Source of the DNA: a virus
Strand: one strand, 5' to 3'
Virus record (IMG/VR): IMGVR_UViG_3300017780_004980
Span: 33,767 to 97,766 of that record
Length of the DNA: 64,000 nucleotides
Part shown: positions 46,837 through 53,978 of the stretch, in pieces
Numbering within the stretch: the first letter of the stretch is position 1
Layout of the letters: every line of letters starts with the position of its first letter
Position numbers and translations under genes: made by a program
Notes under the pieces: generated by a model
Database searches by the model: none
What the model saw: only the letters and a program-made list of their open reading frames with translations
What the model was told of the DNA's origin: nothing

Positions 46837-47867
46837 ATCCTGTCGACCTCCATGTCGGTGAGCCCGGGGTAAATCGGCAGGGACAGCATACAGCCCGATG
46901 CGCGGGTTGCAACCGGCGTGTCCCAGCCGCTGAGAATGTGCGGCTGAAGGGCCGTCAGGTCGGTCAGCAGCGGGTAGTGCTTGGACACCCGGATACCGGC
47001 CGCCCAGAGCGCCGCGACCACCCTGGACCGCATGGTCGTGTCAAGAAACTCGACCACCATCATCGTCAGGCTATGCCCCGCGTGGGGGGCCTGAATAGCT
47101 GCTCCCTGAAGGGCAAGCCCTCGGCTGTACCTATTTCTGATGGCCAGCCTCTGGGTCTTGAACCCGTCCAGCTTCTTCAGCTGCTCCAAACCCATCGCGG
47201 CGGCGATGTCCGTCATGTTCGCCTTGTTGCCCAGCATCTCGACATCGTAGTCCAGCACCGGGCCGGCGGCTTGATCCCGTCCGTGCGCGTCCATGCTGAT
47301 CCCGTGCAGGCGAGACTGGCGAGCGTAGGCCGCGAGATCATCGTCCTGGGTCATCAGGGCGCCGCCCTCGCCGGTGGTCATACCCTTGTTGGCGTAGAAC
47401 GATGTGACCGCGTGATTTCGGTGCCGCCGGGGTCCGTGGTAGCAGGCGCTGTCGTACAGGGCGAAATTGCTGACTCCTTCGACAGGGCGGCCGGCGTAGT
47501 CGGTCGGAACCGAGAAGACGTAGTCCGAACTCGATCCGATGACCATGTTATAGTTGTTCGGGTCCACGTCCTTGATCAGGATTTTGCCCCCGCGCTTGGC
47601 CCACTGGATCGCCAAGGACGAGAAGGTCAGGTTCGGAAAAGCGATGGCCCAGAGATGCGGGTCCCGGGCCTTCGCCCAGTCAAAGAAGATGGCGCCGGCC
47701 ATGGTCGCCGAGTTCGTGGCGATGACGTGCTTCCACCCCCACCGCTTCTCAAGGGCTTGCTCGAACTCCCGCACGACAGGCCCGTTGGTCAGCCAGCCTG
47801 ACTTCAGGACCCGGGCAACGGCTTCCGCCTCTTCGATGCCGACGGACGGCTTGGAGATCGGGATCAT
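46809..47867 (-). CDS. DegT/DnrJ/EryC1/StrS PLP-dependent nucleotide-sugar aminotransferase
   Basis: SGWLTNGP, NSATMA, DSAC, SFYANKGMTTGEGG (PLP Lys), LSLPIYP. Confidence 0.93.
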   Translation of the reverse strand: MIPISKPSVGIEEAEAVARVLKSGWLTNGPVVREFEQALEKRWGWKHVIATNSATMAGAIFFDWAKARDPHLWAIAFPNLTFSSLAIQWAKRGGKILIKDVDPNNYNMVIGSSSDYVFSVPTDYAGRPVEGVSNFALYDSACYHGPRRHRNHAVTSFYANKGMTTGEGGALMTQDDDLAAYARQSRLHGISMDAHGRDQAAGPVLDYDVEMLGNKANMTDIAAAMGLEQLKKLDGFKTQRLAIRNRYSRGLALQGAAIQAPHAGHSLTMMVVEFLDTTMRSRVVAALWAAGIRVSKHYPLLTDLTALQPHILSGWDTPVATRASGCMLSLPIYPGLTDMEVDRICETINKAI

Positions 47868-48239
47868 CTAGTCCTCCTTGACGTACGCAATATCGAATTT
47901 GACCCTGACCGACGACCCGTCCTTGAGGTACGCCAAGGTCGACTTGAACAAGCCAAGCACGTTGTTCTGGCCCGCCGGCGGGGGGCTGCGCAGGGCCTCC
48001 AGCATTTTCGGCGCCAATCGGGACGCCAGCAGGCCGGGCCGCACGGCAATCTCGGGCTCCCATTCCAGGACGAATGTGAAGGTCTCGGCCGCCAGGAGCA
48101 GGTCGGCGCCGTGCGTGCTCAGACGGGGCACTTTGCGCAGCGGGGTGTGCATAGGCACCAGCCGCCAGTCCGCGAACTGCGGGCTTGCGGTAATGGTGCG
48201 CAGGAACCCGGACCATTCAATTTCTGTCAGCTTTCTCAC
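47868..48239 (-). CDS. Hypothetical protein
   Basis: 123 aa, coupled to neighbours. Confidence 0.6.
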   Translation of the reverse strand: MRKLTEIEWSGFLRTITASPQFADWRLVPMHTPLRKVPRLSTHGADLLLAAETFTFVLEWEPEIAVRPGLLASRLAPKMLEALRSPPPAGQNNVLGLFKSTLAYLKDGSSVRVKFDIAYVKED

Positions 48240-49504
48240 AGGCTCAGTACCTTCTTGCGGGCCTTGATCAGCTGTCGAAGGTCCCGCGCCACGTCATGGA
48301 TCAGGCCGGTGACCTGGTCCGGTTCAAGCTGGTAGTTGTCGAAGAAATACTGGTTCCGGAAGCCCTTGAAGGCCGCGTCGGAGTTGTCGTAGTGCAGGCG
48401 TGGTCCGAGCAGGCCGACCTCCGCGTAGAAAAGGGCCTCCTTGACCGCGCCGGTGAAGGTTGCAAGTGGTTGCAAGGCGTGCTCCGCCATGGCCGGCGAG
48501 GCCTTGAGCCAGTAACCGATGGCCTTGCGCCCGTAGTGGGTATGCTGGTCAACCGCAGCGGCCAGCAGGAAGTCCGCGTTGGCGCCCAGATGCACGAAGG
48601 CCGCGATCTCGTCCGGGTTCCCGGGGATCATGGTCGGGTGGTACGGATCGAGGTCCGCCGAGGCTTTAGTGGCCTGGCACAGGCGCTCCCACACCAACGG
48701 CACCGGGACGTTCAGGCCGTAGCCGGTCGCCGTCCGCGTCCAGTGGAACAGGTAGCTGATCAAGCCCGGCATCCGCATCACCTCGATCAGGGTCTCGCGG
48801 TGCTCGGCGGTCAGGCCGTCCGTGTACTTTTTGCCCTCGATGATCAGCTCGCGGGGGTAGAAGTTCCATAGCAGGCCCATCCGCTCGTTGAACGGGTTGC
48901 CGTCGTCGGCGATCCTGCTGATGATCTCCACCGGGTCCCGGCCGATGCTGGCCTCGTAGACCTGCTGGATCGGGTTGCCGTCGGCCAGCGAGCTCACGAA
49001 GGGGTCCGTCAAGTCCCGCGACTTCGGCATGTCGGGCCGGCACATCTGCGTCAGGAGCCACGACAGCAGTTTCGGGCCCAGCTTGTTCCGGGTGGTCTTC
49101 GACCGGGTGGCGTAGACGGCGATGGCCGTCAGGTAGGGGTCGCCGAAAGCAATGTCCTCGGCGGCGATGACCGACAGCCGGGTCCACATCTTGTCCTCGA
49201 ACTCGTGCTCGATCAGCCAGTTGGCCGACCGCCAGGCCTGCTTGAAGTTGCCGCGCCGGATGGCCTTCTGCATGTTCGAGGTGTGCAGCCAGCGGTCACC
49301 GAAAGACGGAATGTTCGTCGTCAGGGTGTGTTCGTGGTGCGCCAGGTCCGCCTTGATGAACTCGTACAAGCCCTGCTCGACCTCGGCGGCAGACGCCGGC
49401 CGCAGGTGGTAGTCGAAGGTCAGCCCGTGGTCGTGGGCCCGCTGCACCGTGTCGAGAAACAGGAAATCATGCACCTGATCGGCGGGATACTGGCTTTGGT
49501 ACAT
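48236..49504 (-). CDS. Protein with MgsA/RarA C-terminal-like helical domain, no ATPase
   Basis: SNMQKAIRRG...W.RL.VIAAEDI..GDP resembles the RarA SAxxKSxRGS..RRL...ASEDIG.ADP segment; no Walker A. Confidence 0.55.
   Translation of the reverse strand: MYQSQYPADQVHDFLFLDTVQRAHDHGLTFDYHLRPASAAEVEQGLYEFIKADLAHHEHTLTTNIPSFGDRWLHTSNMQKAIRRGNFKQAWRSANWLIEHEFEDKMWTRLSVIAAEDIAFGDPYLTAIAVYATRSKTTRNKLGPKLLSWLLTQMCRPDMPKSRDLTDPFVSSLADGNPIQQVYEASIGRDPVEIISRIADDGNPFNERMGLLWNFYPRELIIEGKKYTDGLTAEHRETLIEVMRMPGLISYLFHWTRTATGYGLNVPVPLVWERLCQATKASADLDPYHPTMIPGNPDEIAAFVHLGANADFLLAAAVDQHTHYGRKAIGYWLKASPAMAEHALQPLATFTGAVKEALFYAEVGLLGPRLHYDNSDAAFKGFRNQYFFDNYQLEPDQVTGLIHDVARDLRQLIKARKKVLSL
48461..48474 (+). repeat. 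14-bp motif (copy 8, inside 422-aa gene)
   Basis: Exact match. Confidence 0.9.
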
Positions 49505-49528
49505 CGGACACCCTGTTGTTGTTACGAT

Positions 49529-49556
49529 ACTCTATCTGGTGGGTCGGGTAGGTCAA
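49529..49556 (-). promoter_or_regulatory. Sigma70-type promoter
   Basis: TTGACC-N16-TAGAGT; heads the sugar/terminase transcription unit. Confidence 0.65.
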
Positions 49557-49560
49557 ACTG

Positions 49561-50280
49561 TTAGCCGAGCGACCATAGCTTCCGGTTTGTTCTCACCCGG
49601 TGCCACGACGTCAGCACGAAGTAGTCTTTGACCAGCGCGAAGGCCTTCTTGTGCGGAACCCCATGGATCAAATCCACCACAGTCGCTGCATCCAGGTCGT
49701 ACACACCCCAGCTTGCATTGCCGGCGTTGAGATGCTCGGCCTGAAGCGCCTTTCCGAGCGCGCAAAGGGCGTCTGCCATCTCATTGCCCATTTTGCCGGC
49801 GTGTCCCGGCGTATGCTTCATGGTCCAGTTACCGATCTTGCTGCGGGCCAGTAGGCCTTCCCAATAGGGTTGGTTCAGCACCGGCTTTCCGTCAGCGGTT
49901 TTCCACCCTTTGGCCTGCCAAGTGCTTACCCATTGGGTCAGGCCCTTCACGACGTACTGGCTGTCCGACCAGATTGTGAATTCCGGCCACGGGCAGGCCT
50001 TCACCTTGTCCTCGCCGATGTTGCAGATCACGTCGTTGGTGCAAACCCCTTTGAACCCGAGGACGCCGCAATCCGAGCAGCGGCGGGCCATGTAGTAGGG
50101 GACGATGCGCTCGAAGGCGATGATCGCGCCGAGCAGTTCCGCCTGATTGTTCGAGAGCTGCGGGGCCGTGACGATGGCCGCCGAATGCAGCTGCCCGTCG
50201 ATGTAGAGAACGGCTGCGCCGGCGCCTGCCGAGTGCTGCTCAACGATCCCGCCGTCGACGTAAATTTCATATTTGGGCAC
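49561..50280 (-). CDS. rnhA: Ribonuclease HI with Cys-rich insertion and C-terminal extension
   Basis: YVDG, NNQAEL, SDSQYV, W...GWKTADGKPV.N, GHAG..GNEMAD. Confidence 0.9.
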   Translation of the reverse strand: MPKYEIYVDGGIVEQHSAGAGAAVLYIDGQLHSAAIVTAPQLSNNQAELLGAIIAFERIVPYYMARRCSDCGVLGFKGVCTNDVICNIGEDKVKACPWPEFTIWSDSQYVVKGLTQWVSTWQAKGWKTADGKPVLNQPYWEGLLARSKIGNWTMKHTPGHAGKMGNEMADALCALGKALQAEHLNAGNASWGVYDLDAATVVDLIHGVPHKKAFALVKDYFVLTSWHRVRTNRKLWSLG

Positions 50281-50343
50281 GGACCCTCCTGGTCCTTCAA
50301 AGACAAGGTGGGGGGCCAGGCATTGCCTATCCTGACCCCCCGG

Positions 50344-50415
50344 TTTGTCATCGAGGTATCGAACCCCGAACCGACGGATTATGAATCCGTAGCTCTACCA
50401 TTGAGCTAATGACAG
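50344..50415 (-). tRNA. tRNA with CAT anticodon (Met, or Ile2), C1:A72 mismatch, no encoded CCA
   Basis: CTGTCAT TA GCTC AATGGTA GAGC T ACGGA TTCATAA TCCGT CGGTT CGGGG TTCGATA CCTCG ATGACAA A folds as a full cloverleaf. Confidence 0.85.
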
Positions 50416-50424
50416 TCGGCTTCG

Positions 50425-50588
50425 TCCAACACTTACGACCTAGACGCCTCATTTTCATTTGGTGCTGCTCTACCACTGAGCTAAGGGCCACCAAATACCT
50501 TGTAGTTTCTTCCAAGAGATTTGGCTGGCCCTCGGGGACTCGAACCCCGGACCTGCATTGGTCAGGACGTCTTAAGCGGGTGTCTGGA
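50425..50588 (-). ncRNA. Circularly permuted tRNA-like RNA (YrlA/Y-RNA-like topology)
   Basis: T arm plus AGGGCCA-G-CCA precedes TGGCCCT-TA-GCTCAGTGGTAGAGC (D arm); acceptor stem closed by a hairpin; flanks pair into a long terminal stem in place of the anticodon arm. Confidence 0.75.
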
Positions 50589-50719
50589 ACTCCGTCTGTT
50601 TAAGTCTTAGGGATATCACGCTGATCAGCTACTGTTTCTGAACCACGCAAGGCGAAGTCCAAGCAGCTATCAATACAACAACAAGGCTTACAGCAAGTCT
50701 GTCCCTTTTGGGCTCTGGA

Positions 50720-50753
50720 GGGGGTGGGGCGGATCAGCCCGCTCACCACCCCC
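50720..50753 (-). other. GC-rich hairpin just after the 251-aa gene (processing or stability element)
   Basis: GGGGGTGG...CCACCCCC stem with inner GCGG/CCGC; no U-tract. Confidence 0.55.
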
Positions 50754-50761
50754 AATCTCGA

Positions 50762-51517
50762 TTACTTCAGGCCGGCGTGGAGGTAGCCGAACAGGGCGGC
50801 ACCGAAGCCGTCGCCGTTGATCTGGTCAGCGCCGTTGGCCTTCTGCCTCGCCTTCTTGACCGCCCGGATCAGGGCGTCGAGGCGTTCCAGAAGGTCGGAC
50901 TTCTCGCCGGCCGAGAGCATGCCGGAAGCTTCCTGCACGACCTTCTTGGCCACCGGGACGTCGACTTCCAGCGCCTTGACCTGGGCCGGGTGTTCCTTGG
51001 TCGCCGGCGACAGCTCGAAGGGGGTCAGGGTGCGGCGGGTGACCGACCGCTCCTCGGGGTGCTTGTTCAGGTACACCCCCTGACGGACGGCGTCCGGCTC
51101 CCAGACCTTGCCCGGCGCCAGGGTCGGGATGGCCTCGTAGACGGCGCGCAGTTCCTTCAGCCGGCTTTCCATGCCCAGCAGGGCGGTGGCCGGCACGTTG
51201 CCGAAGATGACCACGCCGTTGACGACAACGTCGGCGTGGGCGACCTGGTTGGTCAGTTCCTTCGACAGGAAGGCGTCGAAGTATCGGCCGACCGCGCCGG
51301 TCATGTACTTCAGCTTGGCGCCGACCGTGGTGACCAGGGCCTTGGTTTCGCTGGTGTTCAGGTTCTGCTGGCTGTCGTCGAAATACTTCGTTTCGGCCGT
51401 CTGTTCCTGGAAGTGGTCCGGCTTCTTGTCGAAGGTCGCCCGGGTTTCCGTGATGATCTTGTCGGCGGTGCCCTTCAGGTCACCCTCGACAGCCAGCACC
51501 TCATGCAGTTTGGCCAT
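50762..51517 (-). CDS. Conserved hypothetical protein (MAKLHEVLAVE... / ATKEHPAQV family)
   Basis: 251 aa with its own promoter; from memory resembles an uncharacterised family of phages and actinobacteria (not verified). Confidence 0.8.
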   Translation of the reverse strand: MAKLHEVLAVEGDLKGTADKIITETRATFDKKPDHFQEQTAETKYFDDSQQNLNTSETKALVTTVGAKLKYMTGAVGRYFDAFLSKELTNQVAHADVVVNGVVIFGNVPATALLGMESRLKELRAVYEAIPTLAPGKVWEPDAVRQGVYLNKHPEERSVTRRTLTPFELSPATKEHPAQVKALEVDVPVAKKVVQEASGMLSAGEKSDLLERLDALIRAVKKARQKANGADQINGDGFGAALFGYLHAGLK

Positions 51518-51596
51518 CCGTGGCCCCTTTTCTGTTCGTCGGTTGATGCCGGGATAAACCCCGGTGGGCCCTCCATGGCCCTGTAGTTACCCTCAG

Positions 51597-51624
51597 ACTA
51601 TAGCTGGGGATAACCGGGTGACAA
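51597..51624 (-). promoter_or_regulatory. Sigma70-type promoter with DnaA-box-like TTATCCCCA in the spacer
   Basis: TTGTCA-N16-TATAGT (GCTATAGT). Confidence 0.65.
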
Positions 51625-51637
51625 TAGGGTTGTTCGG

Positions 51638-52240
51638 TCAGAAGGGAATTTGATCGTCTTCGTCTTGGTCCGTGCTCATGGAGTGCTCCATAGGCGGGTC
51701 GAACCGGTCGTTGTTGAAGTTCGTCCAGGCGTGCGGCCCGTACAGCCTCAGCACCGCTTCGTCGTAGGCCAAGGCCGCCTCAATCGGCGAGTCGTAGTAG
51801 CCAATGTGCTGGTACTGGCCATCGAATTTCAGCTTGGCCCGCCAGCGATGCCCCCGCTTGTCTACGCCTCGGAAGCCGGCCGCGCTGATCCGAAACTTGG
51901 CGTTCATATTCTGGGCGTTCGACCCGAAGCCACATACCCGCAGGTTCTTCCGCCTGTTGTTCAGGCCGCAGAAATCCCAGTGATCCACCACGCCGGCTGT
52001 ACGAGCCTGGGCCACCATCCGGTGCATGTAGAGCTTCTTGCGGGTCCCGGGCTCCTGTGAGGCTGCGTAGCAGGTGTTTCTGCCGAACTGGACCCGCCAG
52101 CTGTACTTCGAGACCAGCGGGTAGTCGGCCTCGTCGATGATCGCTTCGTAGCCGCGCGTCAGGAATATCAGGCGCTCACCCTTCTTGGGCTCGAAGCGCA
52201 CAGGCTCAAAGCGGCTCTCTTCGATTGCAAGTGGTTGCAT
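51638..52240 (-). CDS. HNH endonuclease with AP2 DNA-binding domain
   Basis: AIIDEADY, MHR, VDH...GLNNRRKNLR, FRGV...WRA....HIGYY.....AALAYD. Confidence 0.92.
   Translation of the reverse strand: MQPLAIEESRFEPVRFEPKKGERLIFLTRGYEAIIDEADYPLVSKYSWRVQFGRNTCYAASQEPGTRKKLYMHRMVAQARTAGVVDHWDFCGLNNRRKNLRVCGFGSNAQNMNAKFRISAAGFRGVDKRGHRWRAKLKFDGQYQHIGYYDSPIEAALAYDEAVLRLYGPHAWTNFNNDRFDPPMEHSMSTDQDEDDQIPF
52226..52239 (+). repeat. 14-bp motif (copy 9, at the HNH-AP2 start codon)
   Basis: Exact match. Confidence 0.9.
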
Positions 52241-52500
52241 TATGCGGGGCGGACGCTGTCGGCCACCGGACCCTTGGTCCCCTCGATCACGTAGACCCGG
52301 ATCGCCTTGCCGACTTCCATGGTCTTGACCACAGCGGGGTCGAGCCGGTCGATGTGGAAATGGACGTCCTTGCCGCCTCCGGTCCGCTCCAGGAAGCCGT
52401 AGCCTCGTGGGTGCAGGAACTTGATGATGGCGGGTTCATAGTCTTCGTCAGGGATCACCTGCGGCGTCTTCTTCCGACTGTCGCTGAACTTCTCGCGCAT
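52240..52500 (-). CDS. Cold-shock domain protein
   Basis: IKF....GYGFL.....KDVHFH and GTKGPVA.SV (RNP1/RNP2). Confidence 0.85.
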   Translation of the reverse strand: MREKFSDSRKKTPQVIPDEDYEPAIIKFLHPRGYGFLERTGGGKDVHFHIDRLDPAVVKTMEVGKAIRVYVIEGTKGPVADSVRPA

Positions 52501-52564
52501 GGGGCTCTCCCGAAACTGCCAAAATATCAGCACAGCGTTTTACGAGATGCAAGAGGCTCTAAAT

Positions 52565-52759
52565 GGCGGGAGGCCCGCGTGGTTCCACCCACTACGGACC
52601 TCCTGTCGAGCGGCTCCTGGGAACGTCCCGGTACCCAACCGCCTCTCTCACCTTGGTATCTTCCAGCCCCGCGTGGCTGGTCACCTTGCTGATTTAGGTG
52701 CGGCCTTTCGAGGGGCCAACGGGCGAAACCCGCATTCGCTACTTGGGGCTGGAAGACCC
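52565..52759 (-). ncRNA. Putative structured RNA / 5' leader (4-way junction plus two hairpins)
   Basis: 12-bp stem TCTTCCAGCCCC/GGGGCTGGAAGA enclosing three hairpins, starting at the predicted TSS. Confidence 0.5.
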
Positions 52760-52763
52760 TCTT

Positions 52764-52791
52764 ACTGTACGAGTTGTCCCCAGATGGTCAA
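52764..52791 (-). promoter_or_regulatory. Sigma70-type promoter
   Basis: TTGACC-N16-TACAGT. Confidence 0.65.
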
Positions 52792-53165
52792 GGAGATTTC
52801 CGGCGGGATCGGCTGTGGGCCTGCTTGAAGCGAGGGTACAGCATGTACCGCTCGGCGTTGCCCTTGCGGATCGCTTTCCAGTCGGTCAAGGCCAGGCCGT
52901 TAACGGCCCCCGCGAACAGCTCCAGCTGGTCGATGGTCGGCATCGTCTCGACATCCCGCTTCAGGCGGGCGTACTCGGTCGGCGACGCCGGCACCGTGAC
53001 CTGGATCACGCTCTGGGGGTCTACCGGGTAGTAGCCGACACCCTGCCCCACCGCGACCGCGTAGTTGCCTTCCGGGTCCGCCGAGTGCTCCGGCAGCACG
53101 GCGACGACATCACCGGTTAGGTACTTGCGAAAAAGGACCACGGTTTTTACGGGCTCGTCGGACAT
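52788..53165 (-). CDS. Hypothetical protein
   Basis: Start MSDEPVKT; VLFRK...GDVVAVLP pattern; 125 aa. Confidence 0.65.
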   Translation of the reverse strand: MSDEPVKTVVLFRKYLTGDVVAVLPEHSADPEGNYAVAVGQGVGYYPVDPQSVIQVTVPASPTEYARLKRDVETMPTIDQLELFAGAVNGLALTDWKAIRKGNAERYMLYPRFKQAHSRSRRKSP

Positions 53166-53616
53166 CTTCGGCCGGCTCCTGAACTTTGTTGATGCTTTCG
53201 ATGCGCTGATCCGTCTCATGGATCAAGGTTTCGAAGACCTCGCGCATGGTGTTCGCCATCTCCGGAGACATAGTCGGATCGTCCTGCACCAGTTCCACCA
53301 TACGCTCGAAGCAGCGCCGGTAGTGCTCGGCGATTTCCTTCTGGGCCTCCATGAGCCACCAGGCGGTCCACATTTTCAGTTGGGCGTCCTGCAACGGGTC
53401 CAACCCGAGGGTCTGCCCCGGGAACATCTTCTGCGCGGTGTCGAAGGCCGTCATCTGAAGCGTATTGGTCGGTCGGTGTGGGTCAGCGGAGGCGAACCAC
53501 TTTTCCAGGTCTTCCGGGGTAAGACGGGTGCCGGGCGAGCCCTCGATGACCGCGACGATCTTCTTCTCGTTCGTCTTCAGCAGCAGGGCGATGGCGGCAA
53601 ATATGGCGGCAGTCAT
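53110..53616 (-). CDS. Hypothetical protein
   Basis: Start MTAAIFAA after AAGGAGG; coiled-coil C-terminus. Confidence 0.65.
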   Translation of the reverse strand: MTAAIFAAIALLLKTNEKKIVAVIEGSPGTRLTPEDLEKWFASADPHRPTNTLQMTAFDTAQKMFPGQTLGLDPLQDAQLKMWTAWWLMEAQKEIAEHYRRCFERMVELVQDDPTMSPEMANTMREVFETLIHETDQRIESINKVQEPAEDVRRARKNRGPFSQVPNR

Positions 53617-53642
53617 GCGGGTGATCCTCCTTGATCTACACA

Positions 53643-53978
53643 TTAGGGTAGGCTCTGGGGGGCTGGTGACAAGGGGTTTTGCAGCCGGGCTACCATCTCA
53701 GACAGGATCAAGTAATCCCGGACGTACCGAGGCTCCCGCTCCAGCTTCTTGGCCAGGGATAGGGTGCCCGCGCAGACCGTTGTATGGTCTCGACCACCTG
53801 ACAGCCTCCCTATAGAGGGCGTCGACAGGTCGGTGTATTCCCGCGCCAGCCGCCACACCATCTGTCGAGCCAGGATGATGTGCCCGAACCGGCGATCACC
53901 ATCTATGTCCTCGACAGGCACGCCGTAATACCCGGACACGGCTTTCTTTATGGCTGCGAACGACACCCTCGTAGTCAT
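53643..53978 (-). CDS. Stand-alone DnaA C-terminal (domain IV) HTH DNA-binding protein
   Basis: I...VSGYYGV...DI...RR......ARQMVW.LARE.T.LS.PSIGR..GGRDHTTV. Confidence 0.9.
   Translation of the reverse strand: MTTRVSFAAIKKAVSGYYGVPVEDIDGDRRFGHIILARQMVWRLAREYTDLSTPSIGRLSGGRDHTTVCAGTLSLAKKLEREPRYVRDYLILSEMVARLQNPLSPAPQSLP
53645..53672 (-). promoter_or_regulatory. Sigma70-type promoter
   Basis: TTGTCA-N16-TACCCT. Confidence 0.55.

Noticed and set aside
41728-47867. Host O-antigen/capsule locus or serotype-conversion cassette
   Set aside because: Genes are coupled into the phage terminase operon with phage-like codon usage, contain the phage 14-bp motif, and include no membrane flippase, polymerase or GtrAB.
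50425-50588. Canonical two-piece tmRNA (ssrA) call
   Set aside because: Lacks G3:U70 and the GGGG 5' end, has a full D stem, and has no room for pseudoknots; kept as a permuted tRNA-like RNA instead.
52690-52735. c-di-GMP-I riboswitch (GAAA and CCTAAA elements)
   Set aside because: The conserved GCAAA/GGCAAA junction and P1-P3 arrangement could not be matched by eye.
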